Source of the DNA: an uncultured Candidatus Saccharibacteria bacterium
GTDB taxonomy: Bacteria > Patescibacteriota > WWE3 > UBA101185 > UBA10185
Reading direction: 5' to 3'
Length of the DNA stretch: 64,000 nt
Assembly: GCA_964615625.1 (NCBI GenBank)
Contig: CAZTQT010000001.1
Span: forward strand, 12,438-76,437
The translations under genes and the position numbers were made by a program. Positions 19,565 to 29,571 of the stretch are shown here, one piece after another. The notes below the pieces were generated by a model, which saw only the letters and a program-made list of their open reading frames with translations, did not search any database and was not told where the DNA came from. Positions within the stretch are counted from its first letter, which is position 1. Each line of letters begins with the position of its first letter.

Positions 19565-20263
19565 TTAAGAGTTTAACACTATTTCCACTGCCATTGGAAC
19601 CAATACATCCTCATCAATCTCACCAATCTTTGACTTCATATCTAGTTTTCTGAGTTCCTCGTATATGTGTATTAGTTGCTGCTCTGAAAATAAAAGAGAT
19701 TGGCTACGAGCTTTGTTTTTTATAAATCCAGATGATTTGTTATAAGATGGGCTATTAAATTTTGATGTGGAAACATTTCTTAATCCGTAAAACATCATGG
19801 GTATTATTTCAAAAGAGGACACGCTGTCATTAATGAGTTTAGAGAGTTCTAAATAAGCATTTTCTCTTTGTTTATAAAATACAGCATCAACAAATTTAAA
19901 AATATTACTTTGAGGTTTTAGTTCGTTTAAGTTTAGTTTAGCCTTAAGTCTTCCTGCATTTTTAATAAAAGCGTTGGTTTTAGTGAGTTGTTTGTTAGAA
20001 AGAATGATTAGAGTTGTTTGTTCAGGTATCCTTTCTATTTTTTCTATATACGGTTCTAAGCTAGCTCTTCCTGTGCCAGATATATCTAAAACAACAAAAG
20101 GAGGTGTTCCGAATAAATCGTTAGAGCAGCATATCTCATAAAGACCCTCTGGAGTTACACTTGAAATAGACATTTCCTGTCGTGTCCCGCCGCATTTATT
20201 TTGTTGGTTTTGGATCATTATTCTGGATTTTGATATGTCTTCACCGTGGACTATGTATATCAT
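19565..20263 (-). CDS. holA: DNA polymerase III delta subunit (short form)
   Basis: IYIVHGED N-terminus, LFGTPPFVVL, LIILSN pattern typical of HolA. Confidence 0.55.
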   Translation of the reverse strand: MIYIVHGEDISKSRIMIQNQQNKCGGTRQEMSISSVTPEGLYEICCSNDLFGTPPFVVLDISGTGRASLEPYIEKIERIPEQTTLIILSNKQLTKTNAFIKNAGRLKAKLNLNELKPQSNIFKFVDAVFYKQRENAYLELSKLINDSVSSFEIIPMMFYGLRNVSTSKFNSPSYNKSSGFIKNKARSQSLLFSEQQLIHIYEELRKLDMKSKIGEIDEDVLVPMAVEIVLNS

Positions 20264-20287
20264 TGGTCTATTTTAACAGAGTAAGTT

Positions 20288-21478
20288 TTATTTATTACCA
20301 AAAAGATATTTTTGTACGTACGCATGTATTTGTGAAAAATCACCCGCTTGTGGAACCAAGACCCAAGCCCCTCCATATAATGTTGAATCTGTTGGGTGAT
20401 ATAACAGCCCCCCCTCATCAGCATTATCCCCAGTGTCTATAACTATAGATTTTATATCTTCAAAGCTTAAGTCTTGTGAGAGTTGGTAAAAGCTTTGTAT
20501 ATCCTGTAAATCAATGTCTGTCTCAACATTAGACACGTATTGATTGTAAATTTCCTTTAGCTTTATTGGGTTTAACAAGGTGTTTACGGATAATGCCTTA
20601 TTTTTTATTGCCATTATCACCCCCTGTTGTCTTTTTGATCTCGCAAAATCACTTCCTTCCCCGTTGTTTCCATGTCTAGACCTTGCATATTTTAGAGCAG
20701 TTTTTCCGTCCATTTTTTGTACCCCCTGATTAAAAGATATCGTTTCATACCTGCATGGAAACGCTGTTAAAAAGTTTATTGTTTTCCCATCTTCTGTGTA
20801 AGAGCCGCCATTTTCAATTATTTTCTTTGTAATTTCTTCTTTTTCTTCCTCTGTTTTTCCACAAAAATCACCCTCTTTACCCTCAACAGGGTACTCATAA
20901 TCTGTGAAAGATTTTTCTACGTTTATATCAACACCTTCAAGAGTATCTATAATTTCCTCAAATAATTGAAAAGTAACGGTTGCGTAATAATGTATCGGTA
21001 TACCAAGTACGTTCTCCATTTGTATCTTCAACTCTTCTACACTTGAATTGGCATAAACCTCATTTATTTTTGATGAATATGTGTAACCATTTTCTAGTTT
21101 ATAGTTGTTTATCCACAAATCTCGTGGTAGGGAAATTAATACTACATCGTTGTCTACTTTACCTATAGATGCCACAAGTATCGTGTCAGTAAGTGTATTT
21201 CTGCCGCTTTCAATACCCAAACTTCTTTTATCAGATCCTAGTACTAGTATGTTGGTTCTACCATCACTTTGTTTTAGGTTTGTTTTTGATTGTGACGACC
21301 CTCCCACTATTTTTATAGGATTAAAAGCTTTTTTAATAGAATCTTTAAAAAAGAAGAAAACAATGCCTATGAAAATCAAAATGCCTATAAGTAGAAATAC
21401 TTTGGCAATACCGTTGTTTTTCTCGTTTGCCCTTTTTACGTAAATTTTCTGTTGTTTTGATATATCTGTATATTTCAT
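20288..21478 (-). CDS. LytR-CpsA-Psr (LCP) family cell-envelope phosphotransferase
   Basis: TM anchor then NILVLGSDKR...DTILVASI...LISLPRDLW LCP core. Confidence 0.75.
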   Translation of the reverse strand: MKYTDISKQQKIYVKRANEKNNGIAKVFLLIGILIFIGIVFFFFKDSIKKAFNPIKIVGGSSQSKTNLKQSDGRTNILVLGSDKRSLGIESGRNTLTDTILVASIGKVDNDVVLISLPRDLWINNYKLENGYTYSSKINEVYANSSVEELKIQMENVLGIPIHYYATVTFQLFEEIIDTLEGVDINVEKSFTDYEYPVEGKEGDFCGKTEEEKEEITKKIIENGGSYTEDGKTINFLTAFPCRYETISFNQGVQKMDGKTALKYARSRHGNNGEGSDFARSKRQQGVIMAIKNKALSVNTLLNPIKLKEIYNQYVSNVETDIDLQDIQSFYQLSQDLSFEDIKSIVIDTGDNADEGGLLYHPTDSTLYGGAWVLVPQAGDFSQIHAYVQKYLFGNK

Positions 21479-21495
21479 TCGTTATTTTGTAAAAA

Positions 21496-22194
21496 CTAAT
21501 CCTGAACGTAGTATCGAATTATATCCGTAAATGTTTCTGAATCAAGGCTTGCATTTCCTACTAAGACCCCATCTATTTCCCTTATTCTGGATATTTGAGA
21601 AGCGTTTTTTTCATTTACAGATCCTCCGTATATCAACGGTGTTTCGGAGGGTATTATTTTTCTTATTTCTTTTGCAATAGCCTCTATTTTTTCTGGTTCT
21701 TCTGATCTATAAACCCCTCCAACAGATATATTTTGAGGATTTTCCCAAGCTATTATGCAACCTTCTTTGTGAAGGGATGGTAAATCAGCTGGGTTAACAA
21801 AACAAATGATTGGGGTAATGTTATCTCTTAAGCACAGGTCTCGTTTTTTTATGACATCTTCTATGTTTTCTTGTCTTTCACTATGGCCTATTATTGCGTA
21901 TCTACAAAAATCTTTTATTTGAAAAGCACCTGTATCCCCTGTATGAGCACCTCTGTCAAGTGAAGACACGTCTTGAACACCAATGTTTACGCCCATTTTT
22001 CCTGCTATATCGCACATTGCAGGGACGTATATCAAAGAAGGGCAGATTATCACACGGGGCCATCTTTCCTCAATTATTTTTCTTTTTTTCCAGTCTTTTT
22101 TTATATTTTTATATTTTTTGCTAAATGCCCCTGACCACCCCAATATCTCTTTTGACCCCATATTCATTTTCCAATTTGCTATAACGTATTTCAT
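21496..22194 (-). CDS. tpiA: Triosephosphate isomerase
   Basis: ANWKMN N-terminus, IGHSERQ, IAWENP...GG, YGGSVN. Confidence 0.85.
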   Translation of the reverse strand: MKYVIANWKMNMGSKEILGWSGAFSKKYKNIKKDWKKRKIIEERWPRVIICPSLIYVPAMCDIAGKMGVNIGVQDVSSLDRGAHTGDTGAFQIKDFCRYAIIGHSERQENIEDVIKKRDLCLRDNITPIICFVNPADLPSLHKEGCIIAWENPQNISVGGVYRSEEPEKIEAIAKEIRKIIPSETPLIYGGSVNEKNASQISRIREIDGVLVGNASLDSETFTDIIRYYVQD

Positions 22195-23042
22195 AATTCA
22201 GATATTTTTTTAATTGTCTCTTCTATAAGTTTAGGAAGGTTTTCTATGTCTTCATGTGTGTAGTTATAACCCAACGTATTTAGACAAGAAAATACCATAC
22301 CTATATCAGTGTATATTTTATCGGCAAACTGACATGCCACAAGACTATTTATAACTACATTGCCTCCTATTTCACCAACTTTAGATCTGTTACATCCCAT
22401 TGGGCAGTTAGAACAAGAGGGGTATCCTTCTTTGATAACTCTTAGATCATTACTCATTTCCATAATATTTTCATAAAGCTTCTTGTAATCTTCAAAATTA
22501 TCAACCGTGTAGTTTTCAGTTCCTGTTATTGATAAACCAACAATATTTCTATCCAAAAGTGCTTTTTCTAGATAAAGGTCTGGGGTAGTAAAGTACTCGT
22601 CCGCTTGTATTTTATCTTTGTTTACACATATTTGAGATCTTTTTCCTGGAAGCCCTAAAGATTGTATGTCTGTCTCTTTAGTATGGAATAAAACATCTGT
22701 ATTTTGTAATTCTACAACAACCTCATCTGATGATTTGCCGTGGAATAATATAGAGTCTATTCCTGCAAATTTTATTCTTGTTGATAAGTTTCCTCCTATG
22801 TATATGTCTTCAATAGCTCCGTTGTTATCTAAAACAATAGATGTTTTAGAGGCAAATGGGAAGAAGCCATTTAAAGGTCCTACAGAAAATATTAGCGGGT
22901 TTTTATCATGATAAACTTCTAAAAGTTTAAGACCAACACCAGTACCGCCAAAATAGGGATTTAAATCGGTAAAACTTTTGGTTTCAGATGTTTTATTTTC
23001 TAGGTCTATAATTACGACTTTTTTTACACTGGTATCTGTCAT
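22191..23042 (-). CDS. Truncated AOR-family protein. It carries the N-terminal domain and the CxxCxxxC [4Fe-4S] motif only.
   Basis: GPLNGFFPFASKTS...IGGNLSTRIKFAGIDSILFHGKS matches the AOR N-terminal domain (GPLTGT...GGYFGAELKFAGYDAIVVEGKA); CSNCPMGCNR matches AOR CYACPIGCGR; the gene ends at 283 aa where tpiA begins. Confidence 0.6.
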   Translation of the reverse strand: MTDTSVKKVVIIDLENKTSETKSFTDLNPYFGGTGVGLKLLEVYHDKNPLIFSVGPLNGFFPFASKTSIVLDNNGAIEDIYIGGNLSTRIKFAGIDSILFHGKSSDEVVVELQNTDVLFHTKETDIQSLGLPGKRSQICVNKDKIQADEYFTTPDLYLEKALLDRNIVGLSITGTENYTVDNFEDYKKLYENIMEMSNDLRVIKEGYPSCSNCPMGCNRSKVGEIGGNVVINSLVACQFADKIYTDIGMVFSCLNTLGYNYTHEDIENLPKLIEETIKKISEL

Positions 23043-23287
23043 TGTTCTACTACTCCCAGCACTTCTCTTGGGCAGATAGATGCTATTTTTTCAATATCAA
23101 GAACATTTGATCTAGGATCTATTTCTATATCAAATTTAATGGCGTTTGTATCAGCATCTTTGCCTCTAAAAACTCTTATGAGAGAGTCTTCAAGACCCAC
23201 TTTTTTTAACTGTCTCTGAGCTTCAAAAACACACATCTCACACCCAGTACACTTATCATTTCCTGTAGTTTTTAGTATTTTTGTCAT
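23039..23287 (-). CDS. Small 4Fe-4S ferredoxin-like protein
   Basis: CTGCEMC plus a distal ICP Cys motif; 82 aa; overlaps the AOR-like gene start by 4 nt. Confidence 0.5.
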   Translation of the reverse strand: MTKILKTTGNDKCTGCEMCVFEAQRQLKKVGLEDSLIRVFRGKDADTNAIKFDIEIDPRSNVLDIEKIASICPREVLGVVEQ

Positions 23288-23291
23288 TATC

Positions 23292-24266
23292 TTATTGATT
23301 GAGAGCTTCTATTCCAGCCAAAGTACCTTCTGATAGAAAGTCCAGCATAGCCCCTCCTCCGGTTGAAACAAAACTAAATTTGTTTAATAATCCCAACTTA
23401 TTTATTGCTGTTACGGTATCGCCACCTCCTACGACAGAGAAGAGATTACCTTCTTGCGTCATATCAGCTATCTTTTGAGCTACTTTCTTCGTTCCTACTA
23501 TAAACTGTTCTTCTTCATATTTTCCTAAAGGCCCGGCCCATAAAACTGTTTTAGATTTATCTATAGCTTCTGTGAATTTTTTTATTGTGCTCTCATCTAT
23601 ATCCAAAGAGTCTTCGTTAGCATTATCGGATAATAGTATATTTTGAGTAACTTCTTTATCCCAATTGGCTGATAATATTGAGCTCAACATAATAAAATCT
23701 GCAATTTTTTCAAATCTTTCAACCATCGGGAGCTTGCTTTCCAGTTTTATACCCCCAATTATTATGGAAAGTGGTTTGTCGGGGTTTTCCATAACTTTTT
23801 TTAATGAAAAAACTTCTTTTTCTAGGTTAAACCCAGCGTATGATGGTAATAACTTTGTTATTCCAACTATTGAAGCGTGTTTTCTGTGTGATGTTGCAAA
23901 GCTTTCATTGACGTAAATATTAGCTTTTGATGCAAGTTCAATAGAAAAAGTTTCATTATTTTCTTCTTCTCCTGGGTTAAATCTAAGATTTTCCAATAAT
24001 TCAAATTTTTTCGGACCTAATTTTTCTGTAAAATAGGGGAGTAGTTGTTTTGTACTAAGTTCCTCTACATACTCACCCTTTGGTTTTCCAATGTGACCTG
24101 CTATTACAGGTATCCCACCTTTTTCTATAATATATTTTAATGTTTCTAGTGATGACTCTAATCTAAAAGGTTCTTCTATAACTCCGTTGTTAATAGGAAC
24201 ATCTATATCACATCTGACAAAAACTCTAACACCTTTACTTATAGGGGCTTCGGATAATGTTTTCAT
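23292..24266 (-). CDS. pgk: Phosphoglycerate kinase (short, 324 aa)
   Basis: VFVRCDIDVP, hinge and C-terminal GGGDTV...STGGGAMLDFL. Confidence 0.85.
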   Translation of the reverse strand: MKTLSEAPISKGVRVFVRCDIDVPINNGVIEEPFRLESSLETLKYIIEKGGIPVIAGHIGKPKGEYVEELSTKQLLPYFTEKLGPKKFELLENLRFNPGEEENNETFSIELASKANIYVNESFATSHRKHASIVGITKLLPSYAGFNLEKEVFSLKKVMENPDKPLSIIIGGIKLESKLPMVERFEKIADFIMLSSILSANWDKEVTQNILLSDNANEDSLDIDESTIKKFTEAIDKSKTVLWAGPLGKYEEEQFIVGTKKVAQKIADMTQEGNLFSVVGGGDTVTAINKLGLLNKFSFVSTGGGAMLDFLSEGTLAGIEALNQ

Positions 24267-24293
24267 AACAATTATTCTAACATCAAGATATGC

Positions 24294-25379
24294 TTATGAC
24301 ACCATCATTATTGCCATGTCTACTAATCTACAGCTGTATCCCCACTCATTGTCGTACCAAGCAAATATTTTCAACATATTTCCATCTATGACTGTAGTCA
24401 TGGAAAGATCAACTATTGCGGAATGTGGGTCACCTATTATGTCAGATGAAACGAGTGGCTCATACGTAGCTTTTATGACATTCATGTATTTGGGGTCTTT
24501 TGCTGCACCTTCAAATACTTTGTTTACTTCTTCTTTAGTAACGTTTTTTTCTAGTAGCGCTGTTATATCAACAATTGAGCCTGTTATTATAGGAACTCTT
24601 AAAGATGTGCCATCAAATTTGCCCTTTAGATTTGGTAATACGTCTCCTGTAGCATCTGCAGCACCTGTTGTAGTAGGAACAATATTGTAACCAGCAGCCC
24701 TTGCTCTTCTCATGTCAACTTTCTCTCCAAATGGTGGGCTATCTACAACATTTTGGTTAGCCGTTACAGCATGTATTGTACTCATTCCGGCTTTTAATAT
24801 TTTAAAATTTGAATCTATGATTGCTAGAACTGGGGATATGCAGTTTGTAGTACAGGATGCGTTTGATATTGCATTTTGACCTAGGTATTGAGAATCGTTA
24901 ACACCCATCATGAAGGTTTGGATAGTACCGCCTTTTACTGGGGCTGATACAACAACCTTTTTAGCTCCTGAAGAGATGTGTACTAAAGCAGCATCATCTT
25001 TTGTAAATTTTCCAGTGCATTCAAGAACCACATCTACACCAAGATCTCCCCAAGGAAGATTAGCAGGGTCTTTATCTGAGAACATAGCTGTTTTTTTACC
25101 ATCAACAACTATAAAATTTTCCGTTCCTTTTATATTGAAAAATTCTTTCCCACCGTCATTTTCTTCTAAACGTACTATTTTTCCATCTTCTTCTAGCCAA
25201 ACGTCTTTATCATACACACCGTAAGCAGTGTCATATTTTAGGAGATGTGCCAAAACTCTGGGGTTGGCAATGTCATTTATTGCAACGACATTTAAGCCTT
25301 TTTCCAGAGCAATTTTAAAGGATGCTCTACCTATCCTTCCGAATCCATTTATAGCTATTTGGGCAGTTTTATTTTCCAT
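24294..25379 (-). CDS. gap: Glyceraldehyde-3-phosphate dehydrogenase (type I)
   Basis: INGFGRIGR, SNASCTTNC active site, WYDNEWGYS. Confidence 0.95.
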   Translation of the reverse strand: MENKTAQIAINGFGRIGRASFKIALEKGLNVVAINDIANPRVLAHLLKYDTAYGVYDKDVWLEEDGKIVRLEENDGGKEFFNIKGTENFIVVDGKKTAMFSDKDPANLPWGDLGVDVVLECTGKFTKDDAALVHISSGAKKVVVSAPVKGGTIQTFMMGVNDSQYLGQNAISNASCTTNCISPVLAIIDSNFKILKAGMSTIHAVTANQNVVDSPPFGEKVDMRRARAAGYNIVPTTTGAADATGDVLPNLKGKFDGTSLRVPIITGSIVDITALLEKNVTKEEVNKVFEGAAKDPKYMNVIKATYEPLVSSDIIGDPHSAIVDLSMTTVIDGNMLKIFAWYDNEWGYSCRLVDMAIMMVS

Positions 25380-25393
25380 ATACTAATATGATA

Positions 25394-25660
25394 CTACTTT
25401 ATATGTGAATCTATCCAACTTTTTAACATATCTTTTGGCATAGCACCTAGTTTTCTATCCACCTCTTTATCATTTTTCAGAATGACAAATGTAGGGATAC
25501 TCATTATTCCAAATTGTGCTGCCAAATCATTGTCTGATTCAACATCCACCTTTTCAAATGTTACCTTGTCTGCGTATTCTGTTTCTATTTCTTCAAAAAT
25601 AGGAGCCATAGCTTTGCAAGGCCCACACCAATCTGCATAAAAATCTATTAATTTAATCAT
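25394..25660 (-). CDS. trxA: Thioredoxin
   Basis: WCGPCK active site, 88 aa. Confidence 0.9.
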   Translation of the reverse strand: MIKLIDFYADWCGPCKAMAPIFEEIETEYADKVTFEKVDVESDNDLAAQFGIMSIPTFVILKNDKEVDRKLGAMPKDMLKSWIDSHIK

Positions 25661-25732
25661 ATTTTTCTCCTTATAACCCCAAGTTTTTTTGTTTGGGGAA
25701 ACTTACACGCTATATGATAACATAAACTTTGT

Positions 25733-26719
25733 TTGCTCCGTATGCAAGATATTAATAAAAAAGAAAACATTACCTTTGGAATAATTTTAATTGTTGTGGT
25801 GATGTTTTTCATTTCTGGTTTAATCCTTTTTAAAAATCTTTTCAAAGAAGGCAACGTATTTACCAAGGATATGTCTAAAGACAACTATTACTCTACATTG
25901 TTAAAACAGGAAAACTTAACATCTGATTGGTCTCCAAATGAAGTTGTATTAACAGGAAACGCTCCAGAACTTTCTGCTCAAAGCGCTGTTTTAGTTGATA
26001 TAAATAGCGGAAAAATATTGTATGAAAAAAACTCATCTAAAGAAATGAGGATAGCCAGTGTAGTGAAAATATTAACAGCAGTAGTTGCTCTTGAACATAA
26101 AAATTTAAATGAAGAAATATTTATAACTGAAAAAGTTGCTAGCGTAGGTGAAAACACTATGAATATAACAAGTGGGGAAGTTTACACACTGGAGGAGCTT
26201 TTGTATGGGATGATGTTGAATTCTGGAAATGATGCCGCTTATGCAATAGCAGAGGGGGTTGCAGGTAGTGTAAAAACTTTTGTTTTGTGGATGAATATGA
26301 AAACAGAAGAGCTTGGTATGACTGACACAAAAATATTTGATCCGAGCGGTCTTGATGATAGAACTTACAGTACAGCCATAGATTTAGTAAAACTCTCAAA
26401 ATATGCAATGGGGAAGGAAGATTTTAGAAGAATAGTCTCAACCAGCGAGCTTGTTCTAGACCAATCTTTAAAGCATAAACATCTACATCTTGAAAACCAG
26501 ACTAATTTATTAACCACATATCCTGGGGTGGCAGGTATTAAGACGGGTTATACCGAGGAAGCGGGGTATTGTTTAGTAACATATGCTGAAAACGAAGGGG
26601 TAGAGCTTGTAGGGGTTGTTTTAAAAAGTGAAAATAGGAAGTTTGATATGTTATTTTTACTTGATTATGGTTTTTCTACTTTTGGTATTACAGTTGAACA
26701 TCCGTTATTGAATTTTTGA
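25733..26719 (+). CDS. D-alanyl-D-alanine carboxypeptidase (S11, PBP5-type)
   Basis: SXXK (SVVKIL), SGN (LNSGND), KTG (KTGYT) motifs; N-terminal signal anchor. Confidence 0.8.
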   Translation: MLRMQDINKKENITFGIILIVVVMFFISGLILFKNLFKEGNVFTKDMSKDNYYSTLLKQENLTSDWSPNEVVLTGNAPELSAQSAVLVDINSGKILYEKNSSKEMRIASVVKILTAVVALEHKNLNEEIFITEKVASVGENTMNITSGEVYTLEELLYGMMLNSGNDAAYAIAEGVAGSVKTFVLWMNMKTEELGMTDTKIFDPSGLDDRTYSTAIDLVKLSKYAMGKEDFRRIVSTSELVLDQSLKHKHLHLENQTNLLTTYPGVAGIKTGYTEEAGYCLVTYAENEGVELVGVVLKSENRKFDMLFLLDYGFSTFGITVEHPLLNF

Positions 26720-26760
26720 TCATAATTGAATCGTTGGTTTAGTTTTGGCATAATCTCTTT

Positions 26761-27342
26761 ATGAAAAACATTAATAAAGGTAGCTTATTTCCTATAGTGT
26801 CTGTGTTTATAGTTGTATTGGTTTTAGTAGCTAGTGTTTACTGGTTTGGAACACATTCTAAAAAGTTAAATCCGACTGGTGGTGTTTCTGATTCTAGGGA
26901 GATTGATAATACTGAAACGTCAAAAGACGTGGCCAAGTCCAAAACTGAGGAAAAAGAAGAAAGTGGTTCAAACATTGTTGTAGAGAAGAAAGATAATGTT
27001 TTAGAGGAAAAGGAAAATGTAACAGAAAATAAGGTTGATGAAAGCGATGAAGATATTATAGAAACATTGGTTTTACTATTAGCCAAAAAACATGAGAAAA
27101 AAGTTGAAGATATAAAAGTTACAATTTCAGAAAGAGAGGGAAATTATATTGTTGGGGGAGTTAGGTTTTTAGATGAAGTGTCTGGTGGTGTTCTTTATGT
27201 AGCTAAGACAAATGGTGCTTGGAAAATAGTTTACGATGGTAATGGGACATGTAGCTGTTCTGCCTTGAACATTGTAGATTTTCCTAAAACATTGGTAGAA
27301 GAATGCCTTGATGATAATACTTCTGAAGTTGTTTCTAGGTAG
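26761..27342 (+). CDS. Membrane-anchored hypothetical protein with an acidic linker and a C-terminal Cys-containing domain
   Basis: N-terminal TM helix; no recognisable catalytic motifs. Confidence 0.35.
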   Translation: MKNINKGSLFPIVSVFIVVLVLVASVYWFGTHSKKLNPTGGVSDSREIDNTETSKDVAKSKTEEKEESGSNIVVEKKDNVLEEKENVTENKVDESDEDIIETLVLLLAKKHEKKVEDIKVTISEREGNYIVGGVRFLDEVSGGVLYVAKTNGAWKIVYDGNGTCSCSALNIVDFPKTLVEECLDDNTSEVVSR

Positions 27343-27565
27343 TCTTCTGTTTTGTAATAAATACGAGCCATAATATGTTCTTTCTGTACTAAGAATTGCT
27401 AGGTTTTTACGTGTTTTCCAGAGGTTTTTCAATTTAAATATAACTAGACAGTATTTTTATATTGAGATGATCTTTAGGAAAATATATAAACTTCTGATTT
27501 AAAGCACGCAATCAAGAACAAAATTACTAACTAGTGGCGTTCAAATAGTTTGTTATTATATTTTA

Positions 27566-29515
27566 GTGTCAGAAAGTAAAAACAATTTATTTAGAGATTT
27601 AAATCCTCAGCAAATAGATGCAGTTAATCATATAGATGGCACTGCTCTGGTTGTAGCAGGTCCGGGTAGTGGTAAAACCCGTGTTTTAACTCATAGAATT
27701 GCTAATTTAATCAAGAATCATAATATTTCTGAAACTAATATACTTTGTGTAACTTTTACAAATAAGGCCGCAGATGAAATAAAACAACGTGTGGGCGGTT
27801 TGGTTTCGGAATCCTTTAAATTACCTTGGAGTGGTACATTTCACTCCGTTTGCTCAAAAATACTTAGAAGGGATGGGTTTAATATCGGGATACCACCATC
27901 TTTTGTTATTTATGATACAGACGATTCAGTATCAGTAATAAAAGAAATAATAAAAGATTTTGGAATAGATCCAAAAAGATTTAATCCAAGAGGTGTTTTG
28001 GAAACCATATCAAGTGCAAAATCGGAAATTATATCAGCCGAAGATTATGAAGGTTATGCCCAAGGATATTATCAGAGGACTGTAGCAAAAATTTACCCAG
28101 AATATAGAAAAAGGTTGCAAAATAGCAATGCCTTGGACTTTGATGATTTGCTATATTTTACTGTAAAACTCTTTGATACCGATCCTAAGGTTCTTGAGAA
28201 ATATCAAGCCTTGTTTAAATACATACTTGTAGATGAGTACCAAGATACAAATAAGGCACAATATGTTCTTACCAGACAGTTGTCTGAATTATCAAAAAAC
28301 CTTTTTGTTGTAGGAGACATGTCTCAGGCAATCTATAGCTTTCGTGGTGCTGATTTTAGAAATATTTTAAATTTTCAACGAGATTACCAAGACGCTGTTA
28401 TTTATAATTTGGAGCAGAATTACAGATCCACGCAGGTTATTTTAGATGCTGCAAAAGCTATTATTAAAAATAATTCCACTCATATAAATTTAGATTTATG
28501 GACAGATAGATCTGGTGGCGATCGCATTACAGTTTTTTCAGGAAATAGTGGTAATGAAGAAGTTGCTTTTGTTGTGGACGAGATCTCCGATGGTATAAAG
28601 ATGGGAAAGTCTTTTAATGATTTTGCAGTTTTGTATAGAACAAATGCCCAATCACGTGCTGTTGAAGAGGCTCTCATAAAAAATAGTATTCCTTATAGAA
28701 TGTTTGGAGGCGTAAGGTTCTATTCCAGAAAAGAGATTAAAGATATTGTTTCTTATCTAAGAGTTGTCCATAATCCAAAAGATGCGGTGTCTTGGGCTAG
28801 GATTATAAATACTCCTACTCGTGGGGTGGGGCAAAAGACGGCACAGAAACTAAAGGAAAGTGGCTGGGATTTAGAAGAGATTGAGAGTGTTGCAAAAATA
28901 CCTATTAAGAAATGGATTTCAAAAAAAGATAATTTATCAACCACGGAGTTAATGGATGGGATTTTGCACGATACTGGTTATCTGAAATGGATAGATGATG
29001 GGACAGAAGATGCTCTAAATAGAATTGAAAACATTAAGGAGTTAAGAACAGTCGCCTCCCTTTTTGTTGAATTAGATGGTTTTTTAGAGAGCGTTTCTTT
29101 AGTTGAATCTGTTTCAGAATCAAAAGATACTTTTGATAATGATAGAGTTACTCTCCTTACAGCACATGCATCTAAAGGGTTGGAGTTTCCAACCGTTTTT
29201 ATTGTTGGGATGGAGGAAGGTTTGTTCCCACATTCAAACTCAACTGACAACAATGATGATTTAGAGGAGGAGAGACGTTTGTGCTATGTAGCTATCACAC
29301 GTGCGAAAAATAAGGTTTTTATAACTAATGCTAGGTCGCGTCTGTATTTTGGAAATATACAAACAAACCTTCCAAGCAGGTTTATATCTGAAATACCCGA
29401 AAATCTAATAGATTTTAAAGGTTTAGGTTTTAATAATCATTTTAGAAAAAACAAATCAGAAGAAGATTTTTTAGATGATTTAGAATACGACAGAAACAGT
29501 TTTAGTTGGGAATAA
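27566..29515 (+). CDS. pcrA: ATP-dependent DNA helicase PcrA/UvrD (GTG start)
   Basis: AGPGSGKT Walker A, TFHS, LVDEYQDTN, VGDMSQAIYSFRGA, helicase motifs IV-VI. Confidence 0.9.
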   Translation: MSESKNNLFRDLNPQQIDAVNHIDGTALVVAGPGSGKTRVLTHRIANLIKNHNISETNILCVTFTNKAADEIKQRVGGLVSESFKLPWSGTFHSVCSKILRRDGFNIGIPPSFVIYDTDDSVSVIKEIIKDFGIDPKRFNPRGVLETISSAKSEIISAEDYEGYAQGYYQRTVAKIYPEYRKRLQNSNALDFDDLLYFTVKLFDTDPKVLEKYQALFKYILVDEYQDTNKAQYVLTRQLSELSKNLFVVGDMSQAIYSFRGADFRNILNFQRDYQDAVIYNLEQNYRSTQVILDAAKAIIKNNSTHINLDLWTDRSGGDRITVFSGNSGNEEVAFVVDEISDGIKMGKSFNDFAVLYRTNAQSRAVEEALIKNSIPYRMFGGVRFYSRKEIKDIVSYLRVVHNPKDAVSWARIINTPTRGVGQKTAQKLKESGWDLEEIESVAKIPIKKWISKKDNLSTTELMDGILHDTGYLKWIDDGTEDALNRIENIKELRTVASLFVELDGFLESVSLVESVSESKDTFDNDRVTLLTAHASKGLEFPTVFIVGMEEGLFPHSNSTDNNDDLEEERRLCYVAITRAKNKVFITNARSRLYFGNIQTNLPSRFISEIPENLIDFKGLGFNNHFRKNKSEEDFLDDLEYDRNSFSWE

Positions 29516-29571
29516 CAAGAACATCGCAGCCTAAACCCTCGAGTTATCTGTTAACCTATCTATGTATTAGC

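Noticed and set aside
25657-25884. 75-aa minus-strand ORF
   Set aside because: It overlaps the start of the well-supported D-Ala-D-Ala carboxypeptidase gene and the trxA/dacA divergent promoter spacer, and it has no motif.
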